A stretch of DNA of 64,000 nt from an uncultured Chloroflexia bacterium (GCA_963751345.1 CAVVUS010000013.1:64001-128000); one strand, 5' to 3'. Counted from the stretch's first letter, positions 51,164-61,253 are shown. Notes: a model not told the origin generated them from the sequence alone. A program made the numbers and translations.

Positions 51164-52447
51164 TCAGATGCTCCGGCAGACCTTGGCGACCCGCTTGGCC
51201 ATCGCGATGATCGTCAGAATGGGCGGGTTGCCCAGAGATTTGGGCAGCAGGCTGGCATCGGCCACATAGAGGTTCTCGGGAAGCCGGTCGGAATGAAAGC
51301 TCACGGCTTCCTTTGTCGTAAGGGGTAGCATCCCTCCCGGATGGCCGGCGATCGTGGTGCCCAGGAACATGTCCGCGTCACGTGCACCACAATGGTGCAA
51401 GATCTCCCTACAGATCGCGACGCCCTCATCCAACCTACGCCGGTCGTGGTCCGTGAGGCCCTTATCCAACCTATGCCTCGAGATGGTGCCGAGCCCATCG
51501 TCCGCCAGCTTGATCATGATCGACAAGATATCACCGGCGGGCAGCCGCCAGTCCCGGTTGAAGAAGAAACTCAGGTGGTCGAAGTAGGGAGAGAGGATGA
51601 TGTGCTCCCGGGTGGAGACGAATGGCATCGTGACATCTCTGTGCTGGTTACATCCAGGCGACCTGGCTGCAACACACAGAACCGGATCGACAAATAGGCG
51701 CGGCTCACACGCGATGCCGGAGTTCTGCAAAATCACCGGCGTGCCCAGCCCGCCCGCAGCCAGGACGACCAGGTCAGAGGGATAGAGACGACGGCCCCAC
51801 GCCGTTCTCGCCCAGACCCCGATCGCGCGTGCACCCTTGATCGCCACGCTCTCAACCTGGCGACCGGTGATCACCTGAGACCCCTTCTCCTCGGCGACCT
51901 TGAGGAATCGACGGCTGTCCCACTTCACCCCGTTGGGGCAACCCAACTGACACCGACCGCAGTGCATACAGCGCTCATACTCCCCCATCTTGGGCGTCGG
52001 CTGCGGCCCCAGGCCCAGTTCCTCGAAGATCGCGAACAACCGCCGGGTGACCTCGCGCCACTTTGCCTGGTGCGCAGTGGTCACCGGCACCTCGCGATAG
52101 ACCTCCTCGAACTCAGCGTCCAGGTCGATCCCCAGGGCTCTCAGATCCGGGTCCAGGCGCAGAGCGCTTCCTGTGCACAGGGTGGTCGTACCGCCCAGCC
52201 CGACGCCGTTGACCAGAATCATCTCATCGGCTGCGCGCCGGGTCTTGAATGCCGGCATGGCCAACCGGATCTCGCGCTCGTCGAAGAGCAAGCCGAACTG
52301 TCTCAACTTCTCCAGCTCTCCCAGCCCCGCGCCAAGAGGTCTGAATTCCCTGCCGGCCTCCAGCACCGTCACATCATAGTGGCCCTGGAGTTCCTTGGCC
52401 ACGGTCGCGCCACCCGCGCCACTGCCCACCACGATGGCCTTCCTCAC
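51164..52447 (-). CDS. GMC-family FAD oxidoreductase
   Basis: VVGSGAGG, GLGGTT, CMHCGRCQLGC, AAGGLGTP, HPGG, DASLLP...GNPP. Confidence 0.9.
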   Translation of the reverse strand: MRKAIVVGSGAGGATVAKELQGHYDVTVLEAGREFRPLGAGLGELEKLRQFGLLFDEREIRLAMPAFKTRRAADEMILVNGVGLGGTTTLCTGSALRLDPDLRALGIDLDAEFEEVYREVPVTTAHQAKWREVTRRLFAIFEELGLGPQPTPKMGEYERCMHCGRCQLGCPNGVKWDSRRFLKVAEEKGSQVITGRQVESVAIKGARAIGVWARTAWGRRLYPSDLVVLAAGGLGTPVILQNSGIACEPRLFVDPVLCVAARSPGCNQHRDVTMPFVSTREHIILSPYFDHLSFFFNRDWRLPAGDILSIMIKLADDGLGTISRHRLDKGLTDHDRRRLDEGVAICREILHHCGARDADMFLGTTIAGHPGGMLPLTTKEAVSFHSDRLPENLYVADASLLPKSLGNPPILTIIAMAKRVAKVCRSI

Positions 52448-52996
52448 CGATCGCTCTCCTTCGGCGGCTGCAGCATCGCCCTGCAGCGCGGTCGGCCCTC
52501 CGTAAGCCGCTCCGAGAACGCAAGCCGGCGGCCCCCCGAAAGGCCCGAGAAAACCCCATCGTCCAGGGCAGAGATCAGGTCACAGATCGGACCGGAGTAG
52601 ACCTCGGCTAAAGTAGCAGCGTTTCACCGTCACATTGCCCTGGAGATCGCCCTCCATGTCAACCCCGATTGCCCGGTAGAGTATCTGCGCCAGCCTCATC
52701 GTCTCCGCCGTCCTATGGATGCGCGACCATCTCCGAAGCCTTGCGCCCAGGGGATAGGCGTTCCGGTAAAGCTGCGTCTTGAGAGCAGCTATGTCATACC
52801 CGTCCCTGAACGCCTTATCGGCCTGCTCCATGGTGAACAGGGCGTAGCTCTGCAGGCCCGCATCGTGGGAAAGCCGGGACAACGCGGGGCCCGCACACCC
52901 GAAGGCATCCGCCGTGGCCTCACACAGCTCTGCCAGGAGGACACGACGAATCCATACCGGGAGGCCGGTGGGAAGCATACCCAGCAGGATATTCAT
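52444..52996 (-). CDS. ATC-hydrolase/V4R-like small protein; frameshift near 52605
   Basis: VKRCYFS, then in the shifted frame PICDLISALDDGVFSGL...SERLTEGRPRC; stop overlaps the GMC start (GTGA). Confidence 0.65.
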
Positions 52997-52998
52997 CG

Positions 52999-53408
52999 TC
53001 AGTAGCCTGCGGTGTTGGCGATCAACAAGACCCCGAAGTCATACAGCAGGGCGCGACAGCCACATCCAGCGCTTTGATCAGCACCAAAAGGATGCCGGCG
53101 AGGATGGATATGCCCACAACACCGGGAAGCCGGTCCCGAATGGGCTCTCGCCGCGTCCGGCCCTCGACGAATGGCATCCCCAGGCCGGCTCGGCTGGCGA
53201 ACCAAAGGCCGGCGGCTCCCAAGGCTGCATAGATCAGCAGGTTGATACCCGCGCTGAGAAGAAGACTCAAGATGCCGGGGGACGCCGTAGCCGTTGTCGT
53301 CAGGAGATACGGCTGGATGGCCAACACCGCCGGAACGAGCAGCCCTACCAGAAGCAGGTAGGCCCTCACGTTGAATGGTCGCTTGACCTGCAGCAGAAGG
53401 TGTCTCAT
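52999..53408 (-). pseudogene. N-terminal remnant of a CPBP/CAAX-protease-like membrane protein
   Basis: GAGGAG RBS; three TM helices with GLWFASRAGLGMPF motif; no EE catalytic region. Confidence 0.5.
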
Positions 53409-53486
53409 CGTCTCCTCACTTATACTCGAAAAGTGCCTCTGGGTACCCTGCGGTCTCGTCCGTCGTGGGACGCGGCAGCTCTTCCA

Positions 53487-56360
53487 TTACTGTATCCCTG
53501 CTTCGCCGACGTGGAGGATGGATCGCGATGGCCTGACGCCATCGTAGAGCCCCTCCAGCACATCCTCCAGCCGCTGGGCGATCGCCTGACGTCTCAGCTT
53601 GAGATTGCCGGTGAGGTCGCCGGCCTCGACCGAGAGATCGTTTGCCAGCACCGCCCAGCGCTTGACCTGCTCGGGGTGCGACAAGCCGCGGTTGATCTGG
53701 CCGACCAGGCGGTCGATGCGTTGCCCGGCGTGCGCATCCAGCACCTTGTCGTGGATCCATAGCAGGGCGACACAGTAGGGTCGTTGCTCGCCGACAACCA
53801 TCGCCTCGGTCACGCCGGGGATCTCCCTCAGACGCGACTCTACCTGTGCCGGCTGGATGTATTTCCCGTACGACGTCTTGATCAGCTCCTTCTTGCGCCC
53901 GGTCAGGATCAGGCTCCCCTCCGGCGAGAGAGTGCCCAGGTCGCCGGTCGCCAGCCATCCGTCCCGGAAGGGCTGGTCGGTCTCGTCCTCCCCTCCGAAA
54001 TAACCTGCCATCACCTGCGGTCCGCGCACCAACACCTCGCCGTCCTCGGCCACGCGGATCTCGGTCTGGGGAAGCGGTTGGCCTACCGTCGCCAGATGAT
54101 TCGCTCCGAGGCGGTTCAGTGTGACGAGCGGAGCTTCCGTCATTCCGTAAGCGTTGTGAATCTCGATGCCCAAGTCTCGGAATTCCTTGAGCAGCCCCTC
54201 GCCACAGGGCGCCGAACCGACGATCAGTTGGGCACAGTGGTCGAGGCCGGCCTTGCGCAAGGTCCGCCGGCGAACCAGGGCCCCCAGAGCGCGCTTCTGG
54301 AGTTGGTCCACAGGCCGCTCGCTCGGCAGACTCAGATATCGGCGCCCAATCGGATTGGCAGCCAGTGCCTCCCAGATCTTCTCATAGATGCGCGGCACGG
54401 AGAAGAAGATCGTCGGACGCACGCGGGGCAGCATCCGCTGGACATCCTTCAGGTCCTCCAGGAAGTAGATGTTGACCGGCGCCGGCACGTAATACGGGCA
54501 GTAGGTCGCCAGGATCCCTTCGACGACGTGGTTCATGGGCAGGAAGGATAAGTAGCTGGCGGGCCTGTTGCGCGGCCCCCAGGGCATCAACGACGCCATA
54601 GTCTGCCCTATCCAGCGCAGGTGCTGGTGCTGGAAGCTCACCCCTTTGGACTGGCCCGTGGTGCCTGAGGTATAGCGCAGCGTGGCCAGATCGCCGAACT
54701 CTACCGGCGCCTGGAGCGGCACCGAGCGCCCCTCTCCCCGGGCCAGGAATGCATCCCAGGTCATCACCTGCGGAATCGGACCTGCGGGCACAGGGCCCCG
54801 GCAGAAGGAGACGATCGGCAGGTCCGTCCGGATTTCGCCCAGTCGCTCCAGGATTTTCGGGGCACCCACGAGCAGCAGCCGCGCACCACTGGCCGAGAGG
54901 ATGTGGTCGATCTCCTCCGGTGGGCTGGTGTAGTACAGCGGGACGCTCACTGCCCCGATCAGGCCGATGGCTGTGTCGAGGGTCAGATAGCGCGCGCTAT
55001 TGAGGCCGACAAGCGCGACCCGTTCTCCCGGCAAGACACCGAGCGCGACCAGTGACCCGGCAGCCGCCAGGATCTCGCGCCGCATTTCGCCGCCGCTGTG
55101 CTTGACCAACCTCCCCTCCACGATGTCATAGTAGCTGAGCGGCCGGGTCCTGCTTCGAAGGCGGACGAGAAGCTGCTCGTGGACCGTCCGTTCCGAGCCG
55201 TGCATGAAATTGTGGTCAACGGCGTACGCAAGTAGGTGGGGCACGAACTCGCGCCAGTCCAGCCGGTAGGGACCCAACAGCCGGTCGACGTTGTCTCGCT
55301 GGAACTGCTTGCGCTCACTGAAGTAGGGCAGGAGCGCAAGCATGCTGCCGAGCTCGCGCAACCAGGGCTTCCGGCGGCCCTGCGCCGGGGTCACGGCGTG
55401 GTCCGCGGATCCTCGGTCGGACCGGACGTGCTTCCGGGGCAGCGGCAGACGGATGAATAGCGGCCTGGGCAGGCGCATCCCGAGGCGCTCGCGCGCCCAG
55501 GCCCGCACCAGCCCTAGCAACTCGCCCACCTGGGGCAGCGACCCGGTGGGCGCCGTAAGGTGAAAGGTCAGCCCTTCGGCCTCGGAGCAGAAAGTCAGGC
55601 GTGCGATGGCCTCGGCCACATAGTCCACCGGCACAATGTTGACCCGTAGAGATCGGCCTGCTGGCACGATGGGCAGCTTGCCGGTGAGATAGAGCCGCAG
55701 TGGGAAGTAGACTGTGTTGAAGGTCCTGATCTCTCCGGTGTCCGCGGCACCCACGATCATCCCCGGGCGGAAGACGGAGACCGGCAGCTTGCTCCTCACC
55801 GCCTGCACCAGACGTTCGGCTTCGTACTTGCTCGCCTCGTACGCGCAGTTGAAGCCATAGGCTCCGGTGAGGTCCGCCTCTGATATCGAGCCACTCCGCC
55901 CACCCGCTACGTAGGCAGTGGAGACATGCGCATAGCGCTCCAGGCCGTGATCGAGATGCGCAAGATGGGCCAGCTCCAGCATGTTGGCCGTCCCCTGCAC
56001 GTTGGTCTTGCGCAGTTCGTCGATCGGCCCATCCAGGCGGAGATCGGCCGCGCAGTGGATAATGTGCGTGACGCGTTGCAGCAGGCGGACATAGGTCGCT
56101 TCATCCAGACCCAGATGTGGCGATGAGACGTCGCCCGGCAGTACCTCAACTCGCACTCCTTCTGTGACGGCACTCGCCAGTTCCGGCCAATCCCACCAGG
56201 CGCGGGACAGACGGTGGGCTGCTGCCGTCGGGTCTCCGGCGCGCACCAGGGCTATGAGGATGAGACCCCTCTCGTGGACGAGCCTCCGGGCAATCTGGGC
56301 TCCCAGAAAGCCGGTCGCGCCCGTGAGCAGCACACAGCTATGCAATGTGCTGTCGCTCAT
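53487..56360 (-). CDS. Fatty acyl reductase (NAD_binding_4) fused N-terminally to a long-chain acyl-CoA ligase (AMP-binding) domain
   Basis: TGATGFLG, HCAA, HVSTAYV, YEASK, RPGMIVG; YTSGTTGQSKG, FLPMNH, AYGMTE, ATGDLG, GRKKELI, LKLRR; one intact 957-aa frame. Confidence 0.92.
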   Translation of the reverse strand: MSDSTLHSCVLLTGATGFLGAQIARRLVHERGLILIALVRAGDPTAAAHRLSRAWWDWPELASAVTEGVRVEVLPGDVSSPHLGLDEATYVRLLQRVTHIIHCAADLRLDGPIDELRKTNVQGTANMLELAHLAHLDHGLERYAHVSTAYVAGGRSGSISEADLTGAYGFNCAYEASKYEAERLVQAVRSKLPVSVFRPGMIVGAADTGEIRTFNTVYFPLRLYLTGKLPIVPAGRSLRVNIVPVDYVAEAIARLTFCSEAEGLTFHLTAPTGSLPQVGELLGLVRAWARERLGMRLPRPLFIRLPLPRKHVRSDRGSADHAVTPAQGRRKPWLRELGSMLALLPYFSERKQFQRDNVDRLLGPYRLDWREFVPHLLAYAVDHNFMHGSERTVHEQLLVRLRSRTRPLSYYDIVEGRLVKHSGGEMRREILAAAGSLVALGVLPGERVALVGLNSARYLTLDTAIGLIGAVSVPLYYTSPPEEIDHILSASGARLLLVGAPKILERLGEIRTDLPIVSFCRGPVPAGPIPQVMTWDAFLARGEGRSVPLQAPVEFGDLATLRYTSGTTGQSKGVSFQHQHLRWIGQTMASLMPWGPRNRPASYLSFLPMNHVVEGILATYCPYYVPAPVNIYFLEDLKDVQRMLPRVRPTIFFSVPRIYEKIWEALAANPIGRRYLSLPSERPVDQLQKRALGALVRRRTLRKAGLDHCAQLIVGSAPCGEGLLKEFRDLGIEIHNAYGMTEAPLVTLNRLGANHLATVGQPLPQTEIRVAEDGEVLVRGPQVMAGYFGGEDETDQPFRDGWLATGDLGTLSPEGSLILTGRKKELIKTSYGKYIQPAQVESRLREIPGVTEAMVVGEQRPYCVALLWIHDKVLDAHAGQRIDRLVGQINRGLSHPEQVKRWAVLANDLSVEAGDLTGNLKLRRQAIAQRLEDVLEGLYDGVRPSRSILHVGEAGIQ

Positions 56361-57712
56361 GCTGCCGCCGGAATGGGCACGACCGGACTGGACACAGGCT
56401 CCCAGCCCTGCGCCCGGACGAATTCCCTGAGCAGCGAGCGATTGCGCCGAGCGTCACCCAGGTGTCTCTCATAGCCGCAACGCAACGCATCTCGGACGCA
56501 CGATGGGTCCTCCAGCAACCACTCGACGCGCGGCCGTAAGGCTTCGTAGACGTCACCGGCATTCGGCTCGACGAAGAAATCCTCGTAGAGCCCCAGCTCC
56601 TGATAGATGGTCTGCAGACGCAGGTCGTGGCCGACAGCGATCTGCGGGACCTGCGCCGCCAAGGAGAGCACGCAGGCGTGATAGCGGGAGGTCACCAGCA
56701 GGTCAAGACTGCGCAGGATGGAGGCCATCTGCGAGGCATTGTACTCACGGGAGCAGAAAATCCGCGCTCGGTCGGGATGGGTCATATAGCCGTGCACCTT
56801 TTTGAGCAGGGCCTCATCGAGGGATTCCATGCCGATCAGCGCAACCGGCTTGCCGTACCGTGCGATCACCTCATCGGCTAGGGCCGCGTAGCCGCGCGCC
56901 AGCGTATCTGTGGCACGGGTACGCTCGGGCGAGCGCGTGAAGTAGTACGGCCACTTGTAGCAGTTGCCCTTGGGACCCCATGGCCGCATGATGACCGGCC
57001 ATTGGTAGAAGTCCACCAGCGCCATACCCACCACGCCGCGCCAGGCCTCGGGCCAGGTCCTGGAGAACAGGCCCTTGTCGGCGGGGTCAGGCCGAAAGGT
57101 GAAAGCGTTATCGGCGGTCACGTCCACGGGCGCGGTGACGCCGAGGGAGCGCAGACGCTCCGCAGCCGCCGCCGAGCGGGTGATGATCAGCGAGGTCTTG
57201 CTGGCCTCACGGCGCACCAGTTGCCGGTTGAAGGTCGACTTCACCTCACCCGCGTCCACCGCGTAGGCCAAACAAGGCTTGCCCATTTCGTGAGCGCAGC
57301 GTGTCGTCCACAGATAGGCCCACAGCATCGCGGACGTCCAGGTATCCATATAGGTGCTCCCCTCCACCAGCATCACCAGATCGCTCTCACGAACGAGGCG
57401 GCGAGCAGCAGCGAAGAAGAGGGTCGGCATGGGGGCGATGCGCAAGTTCGGCCCCTCCTTGATGTACCGCCGCAGGTTTGGCGGATTAATGCTGGGGACC
57501 GTGATCACAGCTTGTGGACCCAGCACCTCGCGCACATTCTCAATGTCGGCTTGGAGCAATGCCTCTGCTCCGGTGTTGTTTGCCCCGTTGTAGCCGAGCA
57601 TCAGCACCCGCGGCGCAGGGCGCGTAGCAGTCGGCGGCGCGCTTCTCGCCCCCTCAGGCCATTGGACCGGTGATCCGGCCAACCCACTCGAACCGGAACT
57701 TGGAGTTCTCAT
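56357..57712 (-). CDS. Polysaccharide pyruvyl transferase family protein
   Basis: LGYNGANNTGAEA, IITRS, TADNAF, VTSRYHACV; ATGA overlap with the downstream gene. Confidence 0.85.
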   Translation of the reverse strand: MRTPSSGSSGLAGSPVQWPEGARSAPPTATRPAPRVLMLGYNGANNTGAEALLQADIENVREVLGPQAVITVPSINPPNLRRYIKEGPNLRIAPMPTLFFAAARRLVRESDLVMLVEGSTYMDTWTSAMLWAYLWTTRCAHEMGKPCLAYAVDAGEVKSTFNRQLVRREASKTSLIITRSAAAAERLRSLGVTAPVDVTADNAFTFRPDPADKGLFSRTWPEAWRGVVGMALVDFYQWPVIMRPWGPKGNCYKWPYYFTRSPERTRATDTLARGYAALADEVIARYGKPVALIGMESLDEALLKKVHGYMTHPDRARIFCSREYNASQMASILRSLDLLVTSRYHACVLSLAAQVPQIAVGHDLRLQTIYQELGLYEDFFVEPNAGDVYEALRPRVEWLLEDPSCVRDALRCGYERHLGDARRNRSLLREFVRAQGWEPVSSPVVPIPAAA

Positions 57713-57748
57713 ATCGTCCCTCTATGCTTTCCTACCTGACTTAATCAT

Positions 57749-57813
57749 AGTCTAGCGCGGCGCGAGGTGGGTCGCATCTGCCAAAGGGGATACTCGCGGG
57801 TTATTTGCACGGT
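57749..57813 (-). promoter_or_regulatory. Promoter with conserved upstream operator, copy 1
   Basis: -10 TAGACT (57749-57754), 17-nt spacer, then a 42-bp element matching 59967-60008. Confidence 0.7.
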
Positions 57814-58314
57814 TTAGAAGCGAGATCGATACGGAATCAGCCGGTCAACCCTTGCGACGTAATCCTGATACTCCTTGCCAAAGACATTCGCGAGGTGCTT
57901 CTCCTCTGCGCCGATGAAGATCAGCACGCCTGCATATAAGAAGACTGAAGGGACGAAGTAGACCCAGGTGAGCGTGATCAATGCGACGGCCGGAAGGACG
58001 AATAGGGCGACACTGGCGTAGATGGGATTGCGGACGACGCCGTAGGCGCCGGTGGTGACCAGTCTGCCTTTGGGGAAGCCGGCGAGCAGCTGGACGACCG
58101 CCGCTCCCCACAGGACCAGCCCCGGAACGAGTAACACATATCCCACGGGTCTCAGAAAACTGACGCTCTCGGGCAGTGCTGCGACCCGGGGTAGATACGT
58201 GCTGACCAGGATAGCGCCTACCAACGACGGGAGCATAAAGAGAATGATCTTCCCACCCTGCCCCACGATGCCCATACCGTGCTGCTTCCTGAAGATGCCT
58301 GCTATAGCGTTCAT
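57814..58314 (-). CDS. ICMT/PEMT-family membrane methyltransferase
   Basis: LVTTGAYGVVRNPIY, EEKHL..FGKEYQDY...V.RLIP. Confidence 0.88.
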   Translation of the reverse strand: MNAIAGIFRKQHGMGIVGQGGKIILFMLPSLVGAILVSTYLPRVAALPESVSFLRPVGYVLLVPGLVLWGAAVVQLLAGFPKGRLVTTGAYGVVRNPIYASVALFVLPAVALITLTWVYFVPSVFLYAGVLIFIGAEEKHLANVFGKEYQDYVARVDRLIPYRSRF

Positions 58315-58412
58315 TGTTCTTCTCCTGTTTTCACTCGATCTGCCGGAATCATCAATGTGAGCCTACTGCTCGCGAATTGCGAGACTTCAACGCATGCGAA
58401 CGGGGGAACCTC

Positions 58413-59915
58413 CTATTCGCCAACAACAAAAACCGGAGGCTGGACCTCCTTCAGGCAGTTGGTGTCCACCCCCTCAACCGTGCCGAGTTCAACGAACTGG
58501 GCCTCGATGGACCACCGACAACGGATCTCTGAGCCATCGGACAGCCAGTGCCCCTGGTAGGGCTCAACCAGCGCCAAGGAGTTCGGCCATAGGTCCTTCG
58601 ACCCGGCCATATTCTCGGGTGGGCACTGTGGATCCCATGCGCCATTCAGGATCAGGACGGGGACATCCGAGTGTGGCTGAGTGCTCGTGCCTTCCGGCAT
58701 TTCGCCTCGCGGCGTAAGCTGGCAGGCAAAGGCGTGGTTCTGGGCCAGGCTGACGTACCAGCCCTTGAGATAGCTGCCTTCACTGAGTTCGGCCACCACG
58801 TCAGGCTCGAAGACGGCCCACTTCTCGTAACAGCGAATCACGTGCTCCATCACCTGTGAACCCCAATCGCCCGGCCCATACCTGAGGTAGAAGTTGACGA
58901 TGCCCGTCCACTCGTCGTCTGCGTAGGCTCTGTGGACCAGGCCCGGTAGGCCGGCGGCTTGCCTTGAGTCCAGCATCATCACGCGCAGCACCTCGGCCAA
59001 CAGATCACCGGTGAACGTGATGCTGTCGGAGGCCGGGTCAGCCGGTTCTATGACCTTCGGTTCCCGGCCGAGGCGTTCGAGCAGCCCGGCAAGCTCTGTC
59101 CGCAGCCCAGGGTACGCCGTATGGCAGGCGCTATCCGCCTCGCACTGCGCGAGCAGCAGGTCCATGGCTCTCTGGCCATTCCTCGCCCACAGCTCAAAAA
59201 GCGGCGTATCGAGCAACGTTCCCCCCGAGAGAATGACGCTCCGTACATGCTCTTCGTGCTGACGCAGGTAATACTGGGCCGCTGTGGCACCGTAGGAGTG
59301 ACCAAACAGGTTGATCTTGTCGTAGCCGAGTGCCTCGCGGACCTCATCCAGATCATCCATCGCTACCGACGTCGTGTAGAAGCGCGGGTCCATGTGCTGG
59401 TCGATCTCTTCGAGCACCCCGCTAGCCCATTGCTCTGCTGTGCGCTCCATCTCGGCCTGCGAGAGCCCGGAGAGATCCGGGCCCGGCGGGATCACCACCC
59501 GGTTCGAGCCCCCCGTGCCCCGCTGGTCGACAAAGACCAGGTCGTGGGCATAGGCGAGATCATACGGGAACTGCGGCCCCTTGGCCGCATCTTCGGTGGC
59601 CGCGACGCCCGGGCCCCCGGCCAGGTAGAAAATCGGGTCGGCGGCCGGGTTCGGGCTCTGCGCCTTGATAACGGCTACGCGAAGATCGATCGTGCGGCCC
59701 ATGCTCGAAGTGCGATCTTCGTAGACCCGCAGGGCGCCGCAGAGCGCCGGCGTACTACCAAGGGTACAGGGCTCAAGATCGATGGTGGACCCTGGCGTTG
59801 GTGCAGCGGTTGCAGGCGCTATCGCAGCAGCAGACGGGCCACAACCCATCAGCAGGCTGACCCCCACGAGGCAGATACGACAATAGGTGAAACGCCGCTC
59901 ACCACACTTGCGCAT
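58413..59915 (-). CDS. Alpha/beta hydrolase lipoprotein (S33/TAP-like)
   Basis: Lipobox LMGC; LAGGPG, DQRGTG, GHSYG, WDPQCP, QGH. Confidence 0.88.
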   Translation of the reverse strand: MRKCGERRFTYCRICLVGVSLLMGCGPSAAAIAPATAAPTPGSTIDLEPCTLGSTPALCGALRVYEDRTSSMGRTIDLRVAVIKAQSPNPAADPIFYLAGGPGVAATEDAAKGPQFPYDLAYAHDLVFVDQRGTGGSNRVVIPPGPDLSGLSQAEMERTAEQWASGVLEEIDQHMDPRFYTTSVAMDDLDEVREALGYDKINLFGHSYGATAAQYYLRQHEEHVRSVILSGGTLLDTPLFELWARNGQRAMDLLLAQCEADSACHTAYPGLRTELAGLLERLGREPKVIEPADPASDSITFTGDLLAEVLRVMMLDSRQAAGLPGLVHRAYADDEWTGIVNFYLRYGPGDWGSQVMEHVIRCYEKWAVFEPDVVAELSEGSYLKGWYVSLAQNHAFACQLTPRGEMPEGTSTQPHSDVPVLILNGAWDPQCPPENMAGSKDLWPNSLALVEPYQGHWLSDGSEIRCRWSIEAQFVELGTVEGVDTNCLKEVQPPVFVVGE

Positions 59916-59943
59916 TTGGCTCTCCTCACCGGCATTTGCTCAC

Positions 59944-60008
59944 AGGGTAACGCGCGATGAGGAAATTCGCATCTGCCAAACGGGATATCCTTGGGTTTAT
60001 TCACCGGT
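59944..60008 (-). promoter_or_regulatory. Promoter with conserved upstream operator, copy 2
   Basis: -10 TACCCT (59944-59949), 17-nt spacer, TCGCATCTGCCAAAcGGGATA element. Confidence 0.7.
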
Positions 60009-60066
60009 CCGTCCGGGTGTGCGCTAGCATACACCTGCACTCGCCTGGGCGATGGACCGCGTGGAG

Positions 60067-61191
60067 CTAAGCTAGGATACCGAGCTGCCTGGCGCGCGCC
60101 ACCGCTTCTGTACGATTGGCGACGTCGAGCTTGCGATAGATGCTCGCCGTGTGAGCTTTGACCGCTGAGCCCCTCCCACTTCTGGCAAAGCTCGAGGCCC
60201 GAGGACACAAGCTCGCGAGCCTCGTCCAGCTGGTTTCGCTCTCTCAGTAGATCGCCATAGTCCCTTTGAGTAGCGTCCGGCCAGCGTAGGTAATGGCCCT
60301 CCTCCTGCGCCAGCAGCTGCAGGCAACGCTCGAATAGTTCCGCCGCACGAACGAGCTGGCCTTGATGGGTCGCGATCCGCCCCAGCGCGTCCATGATGCT
60401 CGCGGTGTAGAAGGTGAAGTGATTCGCTTGGCTCAGGAGGGCCTCTTCCCACACGGCGTTGACCTGGTTGTAGTCCCCCTCATAGGAGTGGGCAACGCCT
60501 CGCTGCGCAAGAGCTTCGACCATCGCCTCGCTCTCCGCGGGCACCAGACGTGTCACCTGTTGGCTGGCCTCGATAATCCACGCAGTGTCTCCCAGTAGCG
60601 AAGCGGTGTTGCACTGGATGACGTAGAGAATGCCCAGGAGCTCCTGCTGACCTTTCACAGCCGGCGTGGTCTGGAGGTCACGTTCGGTAGCTCTCAGCCG
60701 CTCCTCGATCCCGGTCAGTTGACCGGTCTCGATCGTGGCAACAGCTTTGACCACGCTGGGCCTCGAACCAGCCTGCGGCCCGTTGGTTGGTGGATGCCCA
60801 TACGGTTTGTGCCTGAGAACTTGCCAATGAATCCGCGAGCGTCCTCGCGATCGCGCATAGAGAGCGCCGCCATCTGCAACCCGGCGATCCACCCTTCCGT
60901 ACGCTCTTCGAGCGCTGCGACCGAGTCGGGCTCCAACCCGAGGCCCATAACGTCGTTTAGGACCTGGCTGTCCGCCTCATCCAAAGAGAGCCAGGCTACC
61001 GGCGTTTCGGAGCCTGTAACACACGCTGCCACCAGGGCAGTCTTTCCGAAGCCCGCGGGCGCGGTAACCAACGTCAGAGGGCCACGCAGGCCTTGCGCAC
61101 TCCGCGCCTGGAGTCGCGGTCGGGGGACGAGCTCTCGCCGGGTGAAGGGCAGATGTAGCTTCGTACGGATGAGCGCGTCAGACGCTTCCAT
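60067..61191 (-). pseudogene. MalT-like LuxR regulator with several internal deletions
   Basis: IRTKL..P, APAGFGKT, AWLSLD, RTEGWIAGLQMAAL, TPR-like part, final VKAHTASIYRKLDVANRTEAVARARQLG; only about 1.1 kb. Confidence 0.85.
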
Positions 61192-61253
61192 AGGGCTGAG
61201 TATACACCTGCCCGGCACCGTGGGAGCGCTGCATAGGGATGGCGGTCACATCT

